A stretch of DNA of 64,000 nt from Eubacteriales bacterium (GCA_045600105.1 JAZRXG010000041.1:43081-107080); one strand, 5' to 3'; counted from the first letter of the stretch, positions 25,207 through 35,842 are shown. Program-made: numbers and translations. The notes: generated by a model from the letters alone, not told the origin.

Positions 25207-26916
25207 TTGTTTATGTACAGCAGAGCAGAACACCCGAAGCCCCAATTTGAACGCAGCACGTGGCTGAACCTCAACGGCGAATGGCAGTTTATGATCGACC
25301 GCGGATGTACCGGCGAAGAAAGAGGTGTATACGCTGACGATATCACGTTTGACGGAAAGATCAACGTGCCGTTCTGCCCGCAAAGCAGGCTTTCGGGCAT
25401 CGGCGACGTGGATTTTATGAACTCCGTATGGTACAAGCGTACCGTGACGCTGACGGATGAAAACGTAAAAGGCAAAACGTATATCCATTTCGGCGCCGTC
25501 GACTATAAAGCGACGGTATACATAAACGGAAAGAAATGCGGGACGCACCTCGGCGGATATGTTTCCTTCAGATTCGACATAAGCGATTACGTAAAGCCGG
25601 GCGTCAACTATATCTGCGTCAACGCGGAAGACGATGAAAAAGACCGTCTCATCCCCTGCGGAAAGCAGAGCCGCTCGTACTATTCTCAAGGCTGCGATTA
25701 TACGAGGACGACGGGAATATGGCAGACCGTCTGGCTCGAATTCGTCGCGGAAACGCATATAGAAAAAGTTAAATATTTCCCTTCGGTCGAAAATCAGTCG
25801 CTTACCGTCATCGCCGACGTTGCGGGAGACGGCATTTTTACCGTCACGGCGTCGTACGCCGGAAAGCCGATGGGAAGCGTTTCGACCAAGTCCCGCGGCG
25901 AGCAGATAACGGTAACTCTCCCTCTTGCCGAACAGCATCTTTGGGAGATAGGCAAAGGCGGGCTTTACGATCTCACGCTCACGTACGGTGACGATAAGGT
26001 GAAGAGCTATTTCGGTCTCCGCTCGATCTCCTACCGCGACTATAAATTCTTCCTTAACGGCAAGAGCGTTTTCCAGCGTCTCGTACTCGACCAGGGGTTC
26101 TATCCGGAAGGAATATATACCGCTCCCTCCGATGCCGAACTCGAAGCCGACGTAACGCGTTCAATGGCAATGGGCTTCAACGGCGCAAGGCTTCACCAGA
26201 AGGTATTCGAGGAAAGATTCCTCTATCACGCCGATAAAAAAGGCTATATAGTGTGGGGCGAATACCCTAACTGGGGACTTGACCACAGCTATGCCGACTC
26301 GATCTACGGCATACTTCCCGAATGGCTCGAGGAAGTCGACCGCGACTTCAACCATCCGTCGATAATCGGCTGGTGTCCCTTCAACGAGACGTGGGATCTG
26401 GACGGCAGAAAGCAGTTCGACGGACTTCTTGCCTCCGTATATAAGGCGACGAAAGCCGCGGATCCGACTCGTCCGTGCATCGATACGAGCGGAAACTATC
26501 ACGTTATCACCGATATATACGACGTTCACAACTATCAGCAGGACCCCGTAAAATTTGCCGACGATTACAAAAATCTTGCCATCGACGGCTCGCATTACGA
26601 CTGCTTCGGAAACCGTCAGCACTACGACGGAAAAATGCCGTTCTTCGTAAGCGAATACGGCGGTATCCGCTGGACGGACGACACGGATGGATGGGGCTAC
26701 GGAGAAGCGCCGAAGACGACCGAAGAATTTCTTGCCCGTCTCAAGGGACTTACCGACGTGCTGCTTGATAACCCGGGAATGTTTGCGTACTGCTATACTC
26801 AGCTTACCGATATCGAGCAGGAACAGAACGGGCTTTACACCTACGACAGACGTCCGAAATTCCCGCCCGAAGTCATTGCCGCGATCCTCGGCAGAAAAGC
26901 CGCCGTTGAAGACTGA
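25207..26916 (+). CDS. Glycoside hydrolase family 2 protein (beta-galactosidase/glucuronidase-like)
   Basis: 569 aa. The sugar-binding N-terminal pattern (WQFMID...VPFCPQS), TGIWQTVWLE and NHPSIIGWCPFNE (acid/base region) are typical of GH2. RBS AAAGGAG. Confidence 0.85.
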   Translation: MFMYSRAEHPKPQFERSTWLNLNGEWQFMIDRGCTGEERGVYADDITFDGKINVPFCPQSRLSGIGDVDFMNSVWYKRTVTLTDENVKGKTYIHFGAVDYKATVYINGKKCGTHLGGYVSFRFDISDYVKPGVNYICVNAEDDEKDRLIPCGKQSRSYYSQGCDYTRTTGIWQTVWLEFVAETHIEKVKYFPSVENQSLTVIADVAGDGIFTVTASYAGKPMGSVSTKSRGEQITVTLPLAEQHLWEIGKGGLYDLTLTYGDDKVKSYFGLRSISYRDYKFFLNGKSVFQRLVLDQGFYPEGIYTAPSDAELEADVTRSMAMGFNGARLHQKVFEERFLYHADKKGYIVWGEYPNWGLDHSYADSIYGILPEWLEEVDRDFNHPSIIGWCPFNETWDLDGRKQFDGLLASVYKATKAADPTRPCIDTSGNYHVITDIYDVHNYQQDPVKFADDYKNLAIDGSHYDCFGNRQHYDGKMPFFVSEYGGIRWTDDTDGWGYGEAPKTTEEFLARLKGLTDVLLDNPGMFAYCYTQLTDIEQEQNGLYTYDRRPKFPPEVIAAILGRKAAVED

Positions 26917-26997
26917 GGCAGCACTGTAATACCATAACATAGCAAAAAGCATCCGAACGGGTGCTCTTTGCGTATGGTTTTATCTTTTCGTCTCATC

Positions 26998-27026
26998 TTG
27001 ACAACAACGCTTTTTTCTGATAAAAT
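26998..27026 (+). promoter_or_regulatory. Orphan sigma-A type promoter in the GH2/cotJC intergenic region
   Basis: TTGACA (26998-27003), 17-nt spacer, TAAAAT (27021-27026). There is no CDS downstream on this strand. Confidence 0.45.
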
Positions 27027-27031
27027 TATAT

Positions 27032-27108
27032 AAGAATCAGTAACAGGGTGAGCAAGTGCATTGCAATTTTCAATGGCGCACTCCCTTCCATGACGCTGAT
27101 TCTTTTTT
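27032..27108 (+). ncRNA. Candidate small RNA (long irregular hairpin ending in a U-tract)
   Basis: It starts about 6 nt after the -10 box. A 9-bp closing stem AAGAATCAG (27032-27040) / CTGATTCTT (27096-27104) runs into TTTTTT. Inner helices are AGGG/CCCT, GTGC/GCAC and CATTG/CAATG. Confidence 0.3.
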
Positions 27109-27116
27109 ATCGCAAT

Positions 27117-27155
27117 TTCAAAAGGTTCGCGGTAGTCTGCCGCGAACCTTTTTAT
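27117..27155. terminator. Bidirectional intrinsic terminator (serves cotJC on the minus strand)
   Basis: 12-bp stem AAAGGTTCGCGG (27121-27132) / CCGCGAACCTTT (27140-27151) with flanking A and T runs. Confidence 0.75.
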
Positions 27156-27156
27156 T

Positions 27157-27759
27157 CTATCTTTTCTTATCGAACGAAGGGTTATAGGCGTAGAAATTCT
27201 TTGAGTTCAGGTCGTCCTGAATAAGGCGCAGACCGTCGCCGAAGCGCTGGAAATGGGTGACTTCCCTTTGCCGTAAGAATCTGAGCGGATCGATAATATC
27301 GGGGTCGTCGGTGAAACGGAGCAGGTTGTCGTAGGTGGTACGCGCCTTCTGTTCCGCCGCGAGGTCCTCGAATATATCGGTCAGCGCGTCGCCCTTTGAC
27401 TGGAACGCCATGGCGCTGAATGGTACGCCGGAAGCAGACACGGGATAGATGCCCATGGTGTGATCGACGAAATAGGCGTCGAGCCCGCCTTCTTTGATCT
27501 GTTCGGGAGTGAGTCCGCGAGTGAGCTGATATACCATCGCGGCTATCATTTCCTGATGCGCGAGTTCTTCCGTTCCGATATCCGTAAGGATCCCGACGAC
27601 TTCTTTGTTGGGCATCGAATAGCGCTGCGACAGATAGCGCATCGCGGCGCCGTTTTCACCATCGGGACCGCCGAACTGCGTTATCATCAGCTTGGCGAAC
27701 GCCGGATTCGGGTTTTTGATGTTTATCGGGTACTGCAGTTTCTTTTCATAGCTCCACAT
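27157..27759 (-). CDS. cotJC: Manganese-catalase-family spore coat protein CotJC
   Basis: 200 aa. MWSYEKKLQYPINIKNPNP...GENGAAMRYLSQRY...TDIGTEELAHQEMI closely resembles Bacillus CotJC. Confidence 0.92.
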   Translation of the reverse strand: MWSYEKKLQYPINIKNPNPAFAKLMITQFGGPDGENGAAMRYLSQRYSMPNKEVVGILTDIGTEELAHQEMIAAMVYQLTRGLTPEQIKEGGLDAYFVDHTMGIYPVSASGVPFSAMAFQSKGDALTDIFEDLAAEQKARTTYDNLLRFTDDPDIIDPLRFLRQREVTHFQRFGDGLRLIQDDLNSKNFYAYNPSFDKKR

Positions 27760-27762
27760 ACT

Positions 27763-28023
27763 TCAGCCCTCCTTCTCGTTCTGCCAGGGCCACGGACCGT
27801 CCGTCCACGTCCATCTGCCGTTTCTGACCTGAGTGTAATCGATGGGACCGTATTTTTCGGTGTATTCCTTATAAAGCTTTTCGCGTCCTTCGCCGACCTT
27901 TTTATAAAAGTTCAGTGCCTTTGCGTTGTTCTTGTGTCCGTCGAGATAAAGCACCGTTTCGTGGAGCACGAAATCGGTCTCCATTATCTTCTTCAGAAGA
28001 GCGTTCTGTTCCCTCGTCATCAT
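27763..28023 (-). CDS. cotJB: Spore coat protein CotJB
   Basis: 86 aa. The LLKKIMETDFVLHETVLYLDGH pattern and C-terminal W-rich PWPW tail are typical of CotJB. Confidence 0.88.
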   Translation of the reverse strand: MMTREQNALLKKIMETDFVLHETVLYLDGHKNNAKALNFYKKVGEGREKLYKEYTEKYGPIDYTQVRNGRWTWTDGPWPWQNEKEG

Positions 28024-28289
28024 CTTTCTCCTTTTCCGCCGTAAAACGGCTTGACGAGCGGTCTGAAAAGTGAACCGTTCGCGAGAGCTTCGGAATAGTC
28101 TTCGTAAAGACCGTCGAACCCTTGGGCGGGAACGTATCCCATGGCAAGCGACATTCCGCTTTCCGGATTTACGTTTTCGCTTTCTCCGCCGTTTCCGCTG
28201 TCCTCGCAGAAAGGACAGCTCCCGTTTTCGGGAAGCGGAAAAAGACCTTCTCCGATATCGGGGAACATATCAAAATCAAACATGATCAT
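28020..28289 (-). CDS. cotJA: Spore coat-associated protein CotJA
   Basis: 89 aa. The LAMGYVPAQGF...EALANGSLFRPL motif is typical of CotJA. It overlaps the cotJB start by 4 nt. Confidence 0.8.
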   Translation of the reverse strand: MIMFDFDMFPDIGEGLFPLPENGSCPFCEDSGNGGESENVNPESGMSLAMGYVPAQGFDGLYEDYSEALANGSLFRPLVKPFYGGKGER

Positions 28290-28512
28290 TTCTCCGTGAA
28301 TTTATTGAGCTCTGACGCTCACTAAAGATTATGCTGACACTTCACGTTTTGACAAAATATCGCGTTTTTCGGCACAAAAAAACAGGAAGAGCGAAAAAGA
28401 ATAAAAATTAATTTGCGTTTTTGACTTTTTTTCCGCAAAAAAAGAGGATTTTTCATTATTTTTGCGTATCTTATATTGTATGATTATTTTTTATCGGGAG
28501 GACTGTGCCTTT

Positions 28513-29493
28513 ATGAAAGAACAGGTATATGAAGCGGAACGGATATTGTTCTGCAAAAACGCGTTTTTCTCGGAAAACACCGCAGGCAGACTCGTCCCGA
28601 CAGAAGAATGTCCGCTGCGTACTCCGTTCCAGCGTGACCGCGACAGGATAATCCACTGCAAATCGTTCCGCCGTCTCATGCACAAGATGCAGGTGTTCCT
28701 CGCTCCCGAGGGCGACCATTACCGCACGCGGCTGACGCATACCCTTGAGGTGACGCAGATAGCCCGCACCATCGCACGCGGGATGCGGCTCAATGAGGAC
28801 CTTGCCGAAGCGATTGCTCTCGGTCACGACCTCGGTCACACGCCGTTCGGTCATTCGGGTGAACGCGCCCTTGACAAGCTCTGCACGTTCGGCTTCCGTC
28901 ACAACGCACACAGCATAAGAGTCGCCGACAAGCTTGAAAAGCTCAACCTTACGCTCGAGGTACGCGACGGAATACTTCAGCACACCGACGGTATCGCCGC
29001 CACCAAGGAAGGGCAAATCGTTCGTTTTGCAGACAGGATAGCATACATAAATCATGATATAGACGACGCGCTCCGTGCCGGGATACTCAAAAACGAGGAC
29101 ATCCCGACGGAAGCCAACGAGATACTCGGAAAAACTCACGGTCAGCGCATTTCGAGCATGGTGAACGCGGTCATAACCCACGGTTCGGACGGCAATATCG
29201 GCATGGACGAGCCGTTCCTCACCGCGACGAACGACCTTCACTCGTTTATGTTCGAGCGCGTTTACCGCAACCCCATCGCAAAAAGCGAGGACAGCAAGGT
29301 CGAAGCGATGATCGCGTCGCTTTACGAGCACTTCATGCAGCACCCCGATTCGCTCCCCAAGGAGTATTTAAGCAATCTCGAAGAAGACGGTATCGAAAGA
29401 GTCATCTGCGACTACATCGCCGGAATGACCGACAGATACGCTCTTTCCGTGTTTGAAAATCTTTACGTTCCCAAGGTCTGGCAAGGAAAATAA
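28513..29493 (+). CDS. dGTPase-like HD-domain triphosphohydrolase
   Basis: I prefer ATG at 28513 (MKEQVYEAERI) with GGGAGG RBS over the ORF-track start at 28462. RTPFQRDRDRIIHC, RTRLTHTLEV and HDLGHTPFGH motifs are present, in the typical position upstream of dnaG. Confidence 0.88.
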   Translation: MKEQVYEAERILFCKNAFFSENTAGRLVPTEECPLRTPFQRDRDRIIHCKSFRRLMHKMQVFLAPEGDHYRTRLTHTLEVTQIARTIARGMRLNEDLAEAIALGHDLGHTPFGHSGERALDKLCTFGFRHNAHSIRVADKLEKLNLTLEVRDGILQHTDGIAATKEGQIVRFADRIAYINHDIDDALRAGILKNEDIPTEANEILGKTHGQRISSMVNAVITHGSDGNIGMDEPFLTATNDLHSFMFERVYRNPIAKSEDSKVEAMIASLYEHFMQHPDSLPKEYLSNLEEDGIERVICDYIAGMTDRYALSVFENLYVPKVWQGK

Positions 29494-29502
29494 GGAGTAG
29501 AA

Positions 29503-31269
29503 ATGGCGTTTTCAAAAGCTTTTCTCGACGAAGTAAAAGAGAGAAACGAAATAACCGAAATAATAAACCGTCACGTTCCGCTCAAACGCGCCGGCAGCAA
29601 CTTCACGGGGCTTTGTCCTTTCCATTCGGAAAAGACGCCATCCTTCACGGTCTTCCCCGCGACGCAGAATTATTACTGCTTCGGCTGCGGTGCCGGAGGC
29701 GACGTGGTCACCTTCGTCATGAACACCGAAGGTCTCGACTACCCTTCCGCCATCGAATTCCTCGCGAACCGTGCGGGCATCCCCATGGAACGCGACGACA
29801 GATCCTACCGTGAAGCCGCACCGACCGTAAAAAAAGAACGAGTTATCGAGGCGATGCGCGAAGCGGGAAAATTCTTTTACGCAAAGCTTCTGTCGCCCGA
29901 AGGCGAAAAAGCCCGCGAATATCTTAAAAAGCGCGAGTTTTCCGACCTCACCGTCAAGCGGTTCGGCATCGGCTATTCGCCCGATTCGTGGGATTCTCTG
30001 ACGAACCACCTGCTTGCAAAAGGCTTCACCGCCGAAGAGCTCAAGGCGTCTTTCCTTTCGGGTACTTCAAAAAGCGGAAAGCTTTTCGATATATTCCGCA
30101 ACCGCGTGATGTTCCCCGTTTTCGACCTCACGAACAACCCCGTCGCGTTTTCTGCCCGCCGCCTCAACGAGGAGGACGAGCGCAAATACGTCAACACGTC
30201 GGATACTCCGGCGTTCAAAAAATCAAAGATACTTTTCGGTCTCAACATCGCCAAGAACAACAACGACGGCAGCATAATCCTTTGTGAAGGCGCCGTTGAC
30301 GCGATAATGCTGCATCAGGCGGGATTTTCCAACGCCTGCGCCACTCTCGGCACCGCCATCACGAACGACCACGCGAGGATAATCGCCCGTATCGTGAACA
30401 CGGCGTATCTCGCGTACGATATAGACAAAGCCGGCAGAAAAGCCACGGACAAGGCGATAAGATACCTTAACGAAGCGGGGATAGCCACAAAGATCATAAA
30501 TCTCGGAAGCGAGACGAAGGACCCCGACGAGTTCATAAAAAAATACGGTGCCGACGCTTTCAGACGCCGCCTCAAGTCATCTGAGGGACAGAACGAATAC
30601 ACGATAAACACGATAATCGGCAAATATTCAATAGACATCCCCGAAGAAAAATCTTCTGCAGCCCGTGAAATATGTGCTTATCTTGCCACATTATCTTACA
30701 AACCCGACCTCGATATATTTACAAACTTCGCTGCAAGTAAGCTAAATATACCTCAAAAAACCCTCGCGGAAGAGGTTGAACGAATAATTCTAAAAAATAC
30801 AAGAAGTGAAACCAAGAAATTCGGTGAAGATATTGTATTGTTAGCGGAGGGATATGGCGACAAAATAAACCGCGACAAGGTGAAATTCTCGTCGGCGGCG
30901 ACGATAGAGGAAAAAATACTCGGCATACTGCTCACGCATCCCGACCTCGGTCCGGACACCGTACCTTCCCTTTCGGCAACGGATTTCGTAACGTCGTTCA
31001 ACGCGAAGATATACGAAAAATTCCTTGACGATTTCAGAAACGGAAACGCGGTCAACATTTCGTCCGCGGGGCTCGAAAGCGCCGAAGTCGCCGCCGTGTC
31101 GCGTATGATGGCGGAACGCGAAATGAGCTCCGACAACAGCAAAAACGCGCTGAACGAGCTTATAACGAAGCTGAAACGCCAGAAGGAAATATCGGAAGCC
31201 GATTCAAAGCTCAAAGACGATCCGTCCTCACTCGCGGATTACATAAACAAACTCAGAAATAAAAAATAA
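29503..31269 (+). CDS. dnaG: DNA primase
   Basis: 588 aa. Zinc ribbon CPFHSEKTPSF...CFGCGAGGD and a TOPRIM region (ILCEGAVDAI, YDIDKAG). Confidence 0.95.
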   Translation: MAFSKAFLDEVKERNEITEIINRHVPLKRAGSNFTGLCPFHSEKTPSFTVFPATQNYYCFGCGAGGDVVTFVMNTEGLDYPSAIEFLANRAGIPMERDDRSYREAAPTVKKERVIEAMREAGKFFYAKLLSPEGEKAREYLKKREFSDLTVKRFGIGYSPDSWDSLTNHLLAKGFTAEELKASFLSGTSKSGKLFDIFRNRVMFPVFDLTNNPVAFSARRLNEEDERKYVNTSDTPAFKKSKILFGLNIAKNNNDGSIILCEGAVDAIMLHQAGFSNACATLGTAITNDHARIIARIVNTAYLAYDIDKAGRKATDKAIRYLNEAGIATKIINLGSETKDPDEFIKKYGADAFRRRLKSSEGQNEYTINTIIGKYSIDIPEEKSSAAREICAYLATLSYKPDLDIFTNFAASKLNIPQKTLAEEVERIILKNTRSETKKFGEDIVLLAEGYGDKINRDKVKFSSAATIEEKILGILLTHPDLGPDTVPSLSATDFVTSFNAKIYEKFLDDFRNGNAVNISSAGLESAEVAAVSRMMAEREMSSDNSKNALNELITKLKRQKEISEADSKLKDDPSSLADYINKLRNKK

Positions 31270-31309
31270 AATTACATAGATGTGTCAAACCACATGAAAG
31301 GAATCCAAA

Positions 31310-32413
31310 ATGAACGAAAAGCAAAATGTTCTGAATGACCTTGTCGAACACGGCAAATCAAAAGGAACTATCACGGCATCGGAAGTTCTCGAAGCTCTTG
31401 ACTGCACGGACTGCACGCTCGACCTTCTCATCAAAGCGTGTGAAATGCTCGAAGCGAACGGCATCGAGATAGTCTGTGACATGAGCGACCCCGACGCTTT
31501 CGACATCCCCGAAGACGAGCTGCTTGACGAGCAGATCGACGAAGACCCCGAGACCGTCGTCAACTATCTCGCTCAGGAAGGCGTTTCGATCGACGACCCC
31601 GTGCGTATGTATCTGCGCGACATCGGTAAAGTTCCCCTTCTTACCGCCGACCAGGAGCTTGAACTTGCCGAGAAGATGTCCAACGGCGACACTGCCGCAA
31701 AGCACGCGCTCGTCGAAGCCAACCTCCGTCTCGTCGTCAGCATTGCCAAACGCTACGTCAACCGCGGTATGTTCTTCCTTGACCTCATCCAGGAAGGCAA
31801 CCTCGGACTTCTCAAAGCGGTCGAAAAATTCGACTACGGCAAAGGTTATAAATTCTCGACTTACGCGACCTGGTGGATCAGACAGGCGATCACCCGTGCG
31901 ATAGCCGATCAGGCGCGCACCATCCGCATCCCCGTCCACATGGTCGAAACCATAAACAAAGTGCTCAGAGTTTCGAGGCAGCTCCTGCAGGAGCTCGGAC
32001 GCGACCCCACCGATGAAGAGATCGCCGCCGAAATGGGCATTCAGGTAGAAAAGGTCAGAGACATCCTCAAGATCGCCCAGGAACCCGTTTCTCTCGAAAT
32101 GCCCATCGGTGAGGAAGAGGATTCCCACCTCGGTGACTTTATCGCCGACGACAACGCTCCCGCGCCTCAGGACGCGGCGTCTTATTCGATGCTGCGCGAG
32201 CAGCTTCTTGAAGTGCTCCACACGCTCACCCCGCGTGAAGAAAACGTGCTCAAGCTCAGATTCGGTCTTGAAGACGGACGTCCGAGAACACTTGAAGAAG
32301 TCGGCAAGGTCTTCAACATCACGCGTGAACGCATCCGTCAGATAGAAGCAAAAGCGCTCCGCAAGCTCCGCCATCCGAGCCGTTCCAAGAGGCTCAAGGA
32401 TTATCTTGAATAA
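31310..32413 (+). CDS. rpoD: Primary RNA polymerase sigma factor (sigma-70/SigA)
   Basis: 367 aa. Regions 2-4 are recognisable ([76 protein letters not shown]). Conserved dnaG-rpoD context. Confidence 0.96.
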   Translation: MNEKQNVLNDLVEHGKSKGTITASEVLEALDCTDCTLDLLIKACEMLEANGIEIVCDMSDPDAFDIPEDELLDEQIDEDPETVVNYLAQEGVSIDDPVRMYLRDIGKVPLLTADQELELAEKMSNGDTAAKHALVEANLRLVVSIAKRYVNRGMFFLDLIQEGNLGLLKAVEKFDYGKGYKFSTYATWWIRQAITRAIADQARTIRIPVHMVETINKVLRVSRQLLQELGRDPTDEEIAAEMGIQVEKVRDILKIAQEPVSLEMPIGEEEDSHLGDFIADDNAPAPQDAASYSMLREQLLEVLHTLTPREENVLKLRFGLEDGRPRTLEEVGKVFNITRERIRQIEAKALRKLRHPSRSKRLKDYLE

Positions 32414-32432
32414 AATATAGTGAGGAATTATC

Positions 32433-33452
32433 ATGCTTGACAAACTTAACGAAATAGAAGCTTCTTCGCTGACAGAAGTAGCGTCCGCGTCTTCGACCGC
32501 AGAACTCGACGCGCTCAAAGTAAAATATCTCGGCAAAAAAGGCGCTCTCACCGCGATACTCCGCGGACTCGGCTCGCTTACGCCCGAAGAACGTCCCGTT
32601 ATCGGAGCCGCCGCAAACGTGGTCAGACAGAAGATCGAGGAAAGCATTGCCGCAAAAACTGAAGAGCTTTCGGCTCTCCAGCTCAAGGCAAAACTCAAGA
32701 GCGACGCGGTCGACGTCACGCTTCCCGGAAAGAAAAAGGAACTCGGGCACTTACACCCCCTCCGTTCCACCGAAAACAAAATGATCGAAATATTCGTCAA
32801 TATGGGCTTTGACGTAGTCGAAGGTCCGGAGGTCGAATCGATACATAACAATTTCGACGCGCTCAACGCGCCCGCCGACCATCCGTCGAGAGACGAGACC
32901 GATACGTTCTATATCACCGACGACGTCGTTCTCCGCACTCAGACTTCCCCCGTTCAGATCAGAGCAATGCAGACCCGCAAGCCTCCGATCCGCATAATCT
33001 CCCCGGGACGCGTTTATCGCTGCGACTCCCCCGACGCCACCCATTCGCCCATGTTCCATCAGCTTGAAGGCCTTGTCATCGACAAGCATATAACCCTCAG
33101 CGACCTCAAGGGCATCCTCGATCAGTTCGCGCAGAGTATGTTCGGCGAAGGAACGAGAACGAGACTCCGTCCGCATAACTTCCCGTTCACCGAACCGTCC
33201 GTTGAAGTCGACTTCTCGTGCTTTGCCTGCGGCGGAAAAGGCTGCAAGCTCTGCAAGGGCGAAGGTTGGATCGAAATGCTCGGCGCGGGTATGGTACACC
33301 CCAACGTGCTTTCGGGCTGCGGTATCGATCCCGATGAATATACCGGATTCGCTTTCGGTATGGGCATCGAACGTATCGCCATGAGAAAGTACAACATCCA
33401 CGACCTGCGCATCGTTTATGAAAACGACGTACGTTTTCTTGAACAGTTCTGA
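32433..33452 (+). CDS. pheS: Phenylalanine--tRNA ligase alpha subunit
   Basis: 339 aa. HPLRSTENKMIEIF, FDALNAPADHPSR and FTEPSVEVD class II motifs. Confidence 0.97.
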   Translation: MLDKLNEIEASSLTEVASASSTAELDALKVKYLGKKGALTAILRGLGSLTPEERPVIGAAANVVRQKIEESIAAKTEELSALQLKAKLKSDAVDVTLPGKKKELGHLHPLRSTENKMIEIFVNMGFDVVEGPEVESIHNNFDALNAPADHPSRDETDTFYITDDVVLRTQTSPVQIRAMQTRKPPIRIISPGRVYRCDSPDATHSPMFHQLEGLVIDKHITLSDLKGILDQFAQSMFGEGTRTRLRPHNFPFTEPSVEVDFSCFACGGKGCKLCKGEGWIEMLGAGMVHPNVLSGCGIDPDEYTGFAFGMGIERIAMRKYNIHDLRIVYENDVRFLEQF

Positions 33453-33466
33453 GGAGGTAAGCGCAA

Positions 33467-35842
33467 ATGAAAGTTTCACTCAATTGGATAAAAGATTACG
33501 CCGATTTCCCCTCCGGGATCCGCGAATATACCGAAGCCATGACCATGTCCGGCACCAAGGTCGAAGGCGCCGAAACGCTTTACGAAACCACCACCAATAT
33601 CGTAGCGGGCAAAATCCTGTCTGTTGAACCCCATCCGGATTCCGACCACCTCGTTGTATGCAAGGTTGACGCGGGACAGGAAAAAATACTGCAGATAGTT
33701 ACCGGCGCGTCTAACGTCAATGCCGGCGACATGGTTCCCGTTTGCCTTGACGGCGCTCATCTCCCCGACGGCAAGGTCATCAAGACCGGAAAACTCAGAG
33801 GCGTCCTTTCCGAAGGTATGCTCTGCTCAATCGGAGAACTCGGACTCACGACTCACGATTTCCCCTATGCCATCGAAGACGGCATATTCATAATGCAGGA
33901 AGACTGCAAGCCCGGCGACGACATCCGCGACGTGCTCATGCTCCGCGACACCATCGTTGATTTCGAGCTTACCTTCAACCGTCCCGACTGCCTTGCCTAT
34001 CTCGGTATCGCACGCGAGACCGCTGCCACATTCGGGACCGAATTCAAATACAAAGAGCCCGTTATCGCCGAAAAGAACAACGGCGAAAAGGCGTCTGATT
34101 ACGTATCGGTAAAAGTCGAAAACGACGTTCTCTGCCCGAGATATACCGCGAGAGTCGTCAAAAACGTCAAAATCGGCACTTCTCCGCTTTGGATGAGAGC
34201 AAGACTTCGTGCCTGCGGCGTTCGTCCCATCAACAACATCGTGGACATCACCAACTACGTTATGCTCGAATACGGTCAGCCGATGCACGCGTTCGACTAC
34301 AACTACATCACGAGCAGATCCATCATCGTAAGAAACGCCAAGGAAGGCGAAAAGATCACCACTCTTGACGGAGCCGTCAGAGACCTCGACACCTCGATGC
34401 TCTGCATTGCCGACGGCGAAAAAGCCATCGCGCTCGCAGGTGTCATGGGCGGCGAAAATTCCGAAATAAACGAAAACACGACTACCGTAGTGTTCGAATC
34501 CGCCAACTTCAACCGTGAAAACATCCGTTTCACTTCCCGCGCCGTGGGTCTTCGTACCGACGCTTCAAAGAGATTCGAAAAGGGACTTCCCGCGTACAAC
34601 TGTCTGCCCGCCATCAACAGAGCGTGCGAACTCGTTGAAATGCTCGGCTGCGGCGAGATCATCGACGGCGTCATCGACGTCTGCAGCGCGAACATAAACC
34701 CGACGAGAGTCAGATTCGACCCGAAGAGGATCAATCAGATCCTCGGCACGTCGCTCACCAAGGACGAAATGGCTGACATCCTCGCAAGAGTCGAGCTCAT
34801 CGTCGACGGCGACGAGGTCATCGTTCCGGCATACAGAAACGACATTATCAACACCGCCGACCTTTCCGAAGAGGTCGTACGTCTTTACGGCGTGAACAGG
34901 ATCGACGGAACTCAGTTCGGGTGCAGCGCCCGTGAAGGCAGCCTCACTCCGAACATGAAATACATCCGCGGGATCGGAGACGCCTGCGTATCTCTCGGAT
35001 TCTCCGAAATATATTCCTATTCGTTCGTCAATCCCAACGTCTATGACAAGCTCGGCTATGCCGAAAACGACGAAAGACGCGACGCGATAAAGATCAGAAA
35101 TCCTCTCGGCGACGAAACGTCCATCATGAGAACGGTTGCTCTCCCCTCGCTTCTCGAATGTATGGCGACGAATTACAGCCATCACAATCTTGAAGCAAAG
35201 CTTTTCGAAACGGCGACCGTATTCAGAAAAGCCGACGATATGTCCGATGAGAGAAAGATCCTCTGCTTCGGCTTCTACGGAAACGAAGACTTCTTCGACC
35301 TCAAGGGCTATACCGAAGCCATTCTCGATTCGCTCCGCATCAAAGGCTACGAATTCGTCAAGAACACCGATGAGTGCGCTTATCATCCCGGAAAATGCGC
35401 TTCCGTCGTCGTGAACGGCAAAAAGATCGGCGTCATCGGTCAGGTGCATCCCACCGTTGCCGAAGCGTTCGACGTCAGATGCGACGTTTATGCCGCCGAA
35501 TTTGAAGTGAACGAAATGATGGCACTTTCGGAAGCCGAACCCCGCTTCACCCCGATCCCCGTTTATCCCGCAAGCGAACGCGACCTCGCGCTCGTTATGG
35601 ACGAAGATATCGAAGCGGGCAAGGTCATCGGCATTATCAAAGCGAACGGCGGAAAGGCGCTCGAAAGCGCATCCGTATTCGACGTATACCGCGGAAAAGG
35701 CGTTGACGAAGGCAAGAAATCCATCGCGTTCAGACTCACCTACCGTCTTGCCGACAGAACGCTGAACGACGACGAAGTCGAAAAATCGGTAAACAAGATA
35801 CTCAAAAAGCTCGAAGCGGAAGCGATCGTGCTCCGTTCATAA
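33467..35842 (+). CDS. pheT: Phenylalanine--tRNA ligase beta subunit
   Basis: 791 aa. MKVSLNWIKDY start, tRNA-binding domain, B3/4 and B5 regions. Directly follows pheS. Confidence 0.97.
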   Translation: MKVSLNWIKDYADFPSGIREYTEAMTMSGTKVEGAETLYETTTNIVAGKILSVEPHPDSDHLVVCKVDAGQEKILQIVTGASNVNAGDMVPVCLDGAHLPDGKVIKTGKLRGVLSEGMLCSIGELGLTTHDFPYAIEDGIFIMQEDCKPGDDIRDVLMLRDTIVDFELTFNRPDCLAYLGIARETAATFGTEFKYKEPVIAEKNNGEKASDYVSVKVENDVLCPRYTARVVKNVKIGTSPLWMRARLRACGVRPINNIVDITNYVMLEYGQPMHAFDYNYITSRSIIVRNAKEGEKITTLDGAVRDLDTSMLCIADGEKAIALAGVMGGENSEINENTTTVVFESANFNRENIRFTSRAVGLRTDASKRFEKGLPAYNCLPAINRACELVEMLGCGEIIDGVIDVCSANINPTRVRFDPKRINQILGTSLTKDEMADILARVELIVDGDEVIVPAYRNDIINTADLSEEVVRLYGVNRIDGTQFGCSAREGSLTPNMKYIRGIGDACVSLGFSEIYSYSFVNPNVYDKLGYAENDERRDAIKIRNPLGDETSIMRTVALPSLLECMATNYSHHNLEAKLFETATVFRKADDMSDERKILCFGFYGNEDFFDLKGYTEAILDSLRIKGYEFVKNTDECAYHPGKCASVVVNGKKIGVIGQVHPTVAEAFDVRCDVYAAEFEVNEMMALSEAEPRFTPIPVYPASERDLALVMDEDIEAGKVIGIIKANGGKALESASVFDVYRGKGVDEGKKSIAFRLTYRLADRTLNDDEVEKSVNKILKKLEAEAIVLRS

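Noticed and set aside
32414-32432. T-box leaders upstream of pheS and trpS
   Set aside because: pheS starts 19 nt after rpoD, which leaves no room. The trpS 5' UTR (62413 to about 62463) is about 50 nt with no specifier or T-box sequence. Neither gene appears to be T-box regulated here.
31358-32866. 502-aa ORF antisense to rpoD and pheS
   Set aside because: It crosses two essential, well-supported genes on the other strand. It is a shadow ORF.
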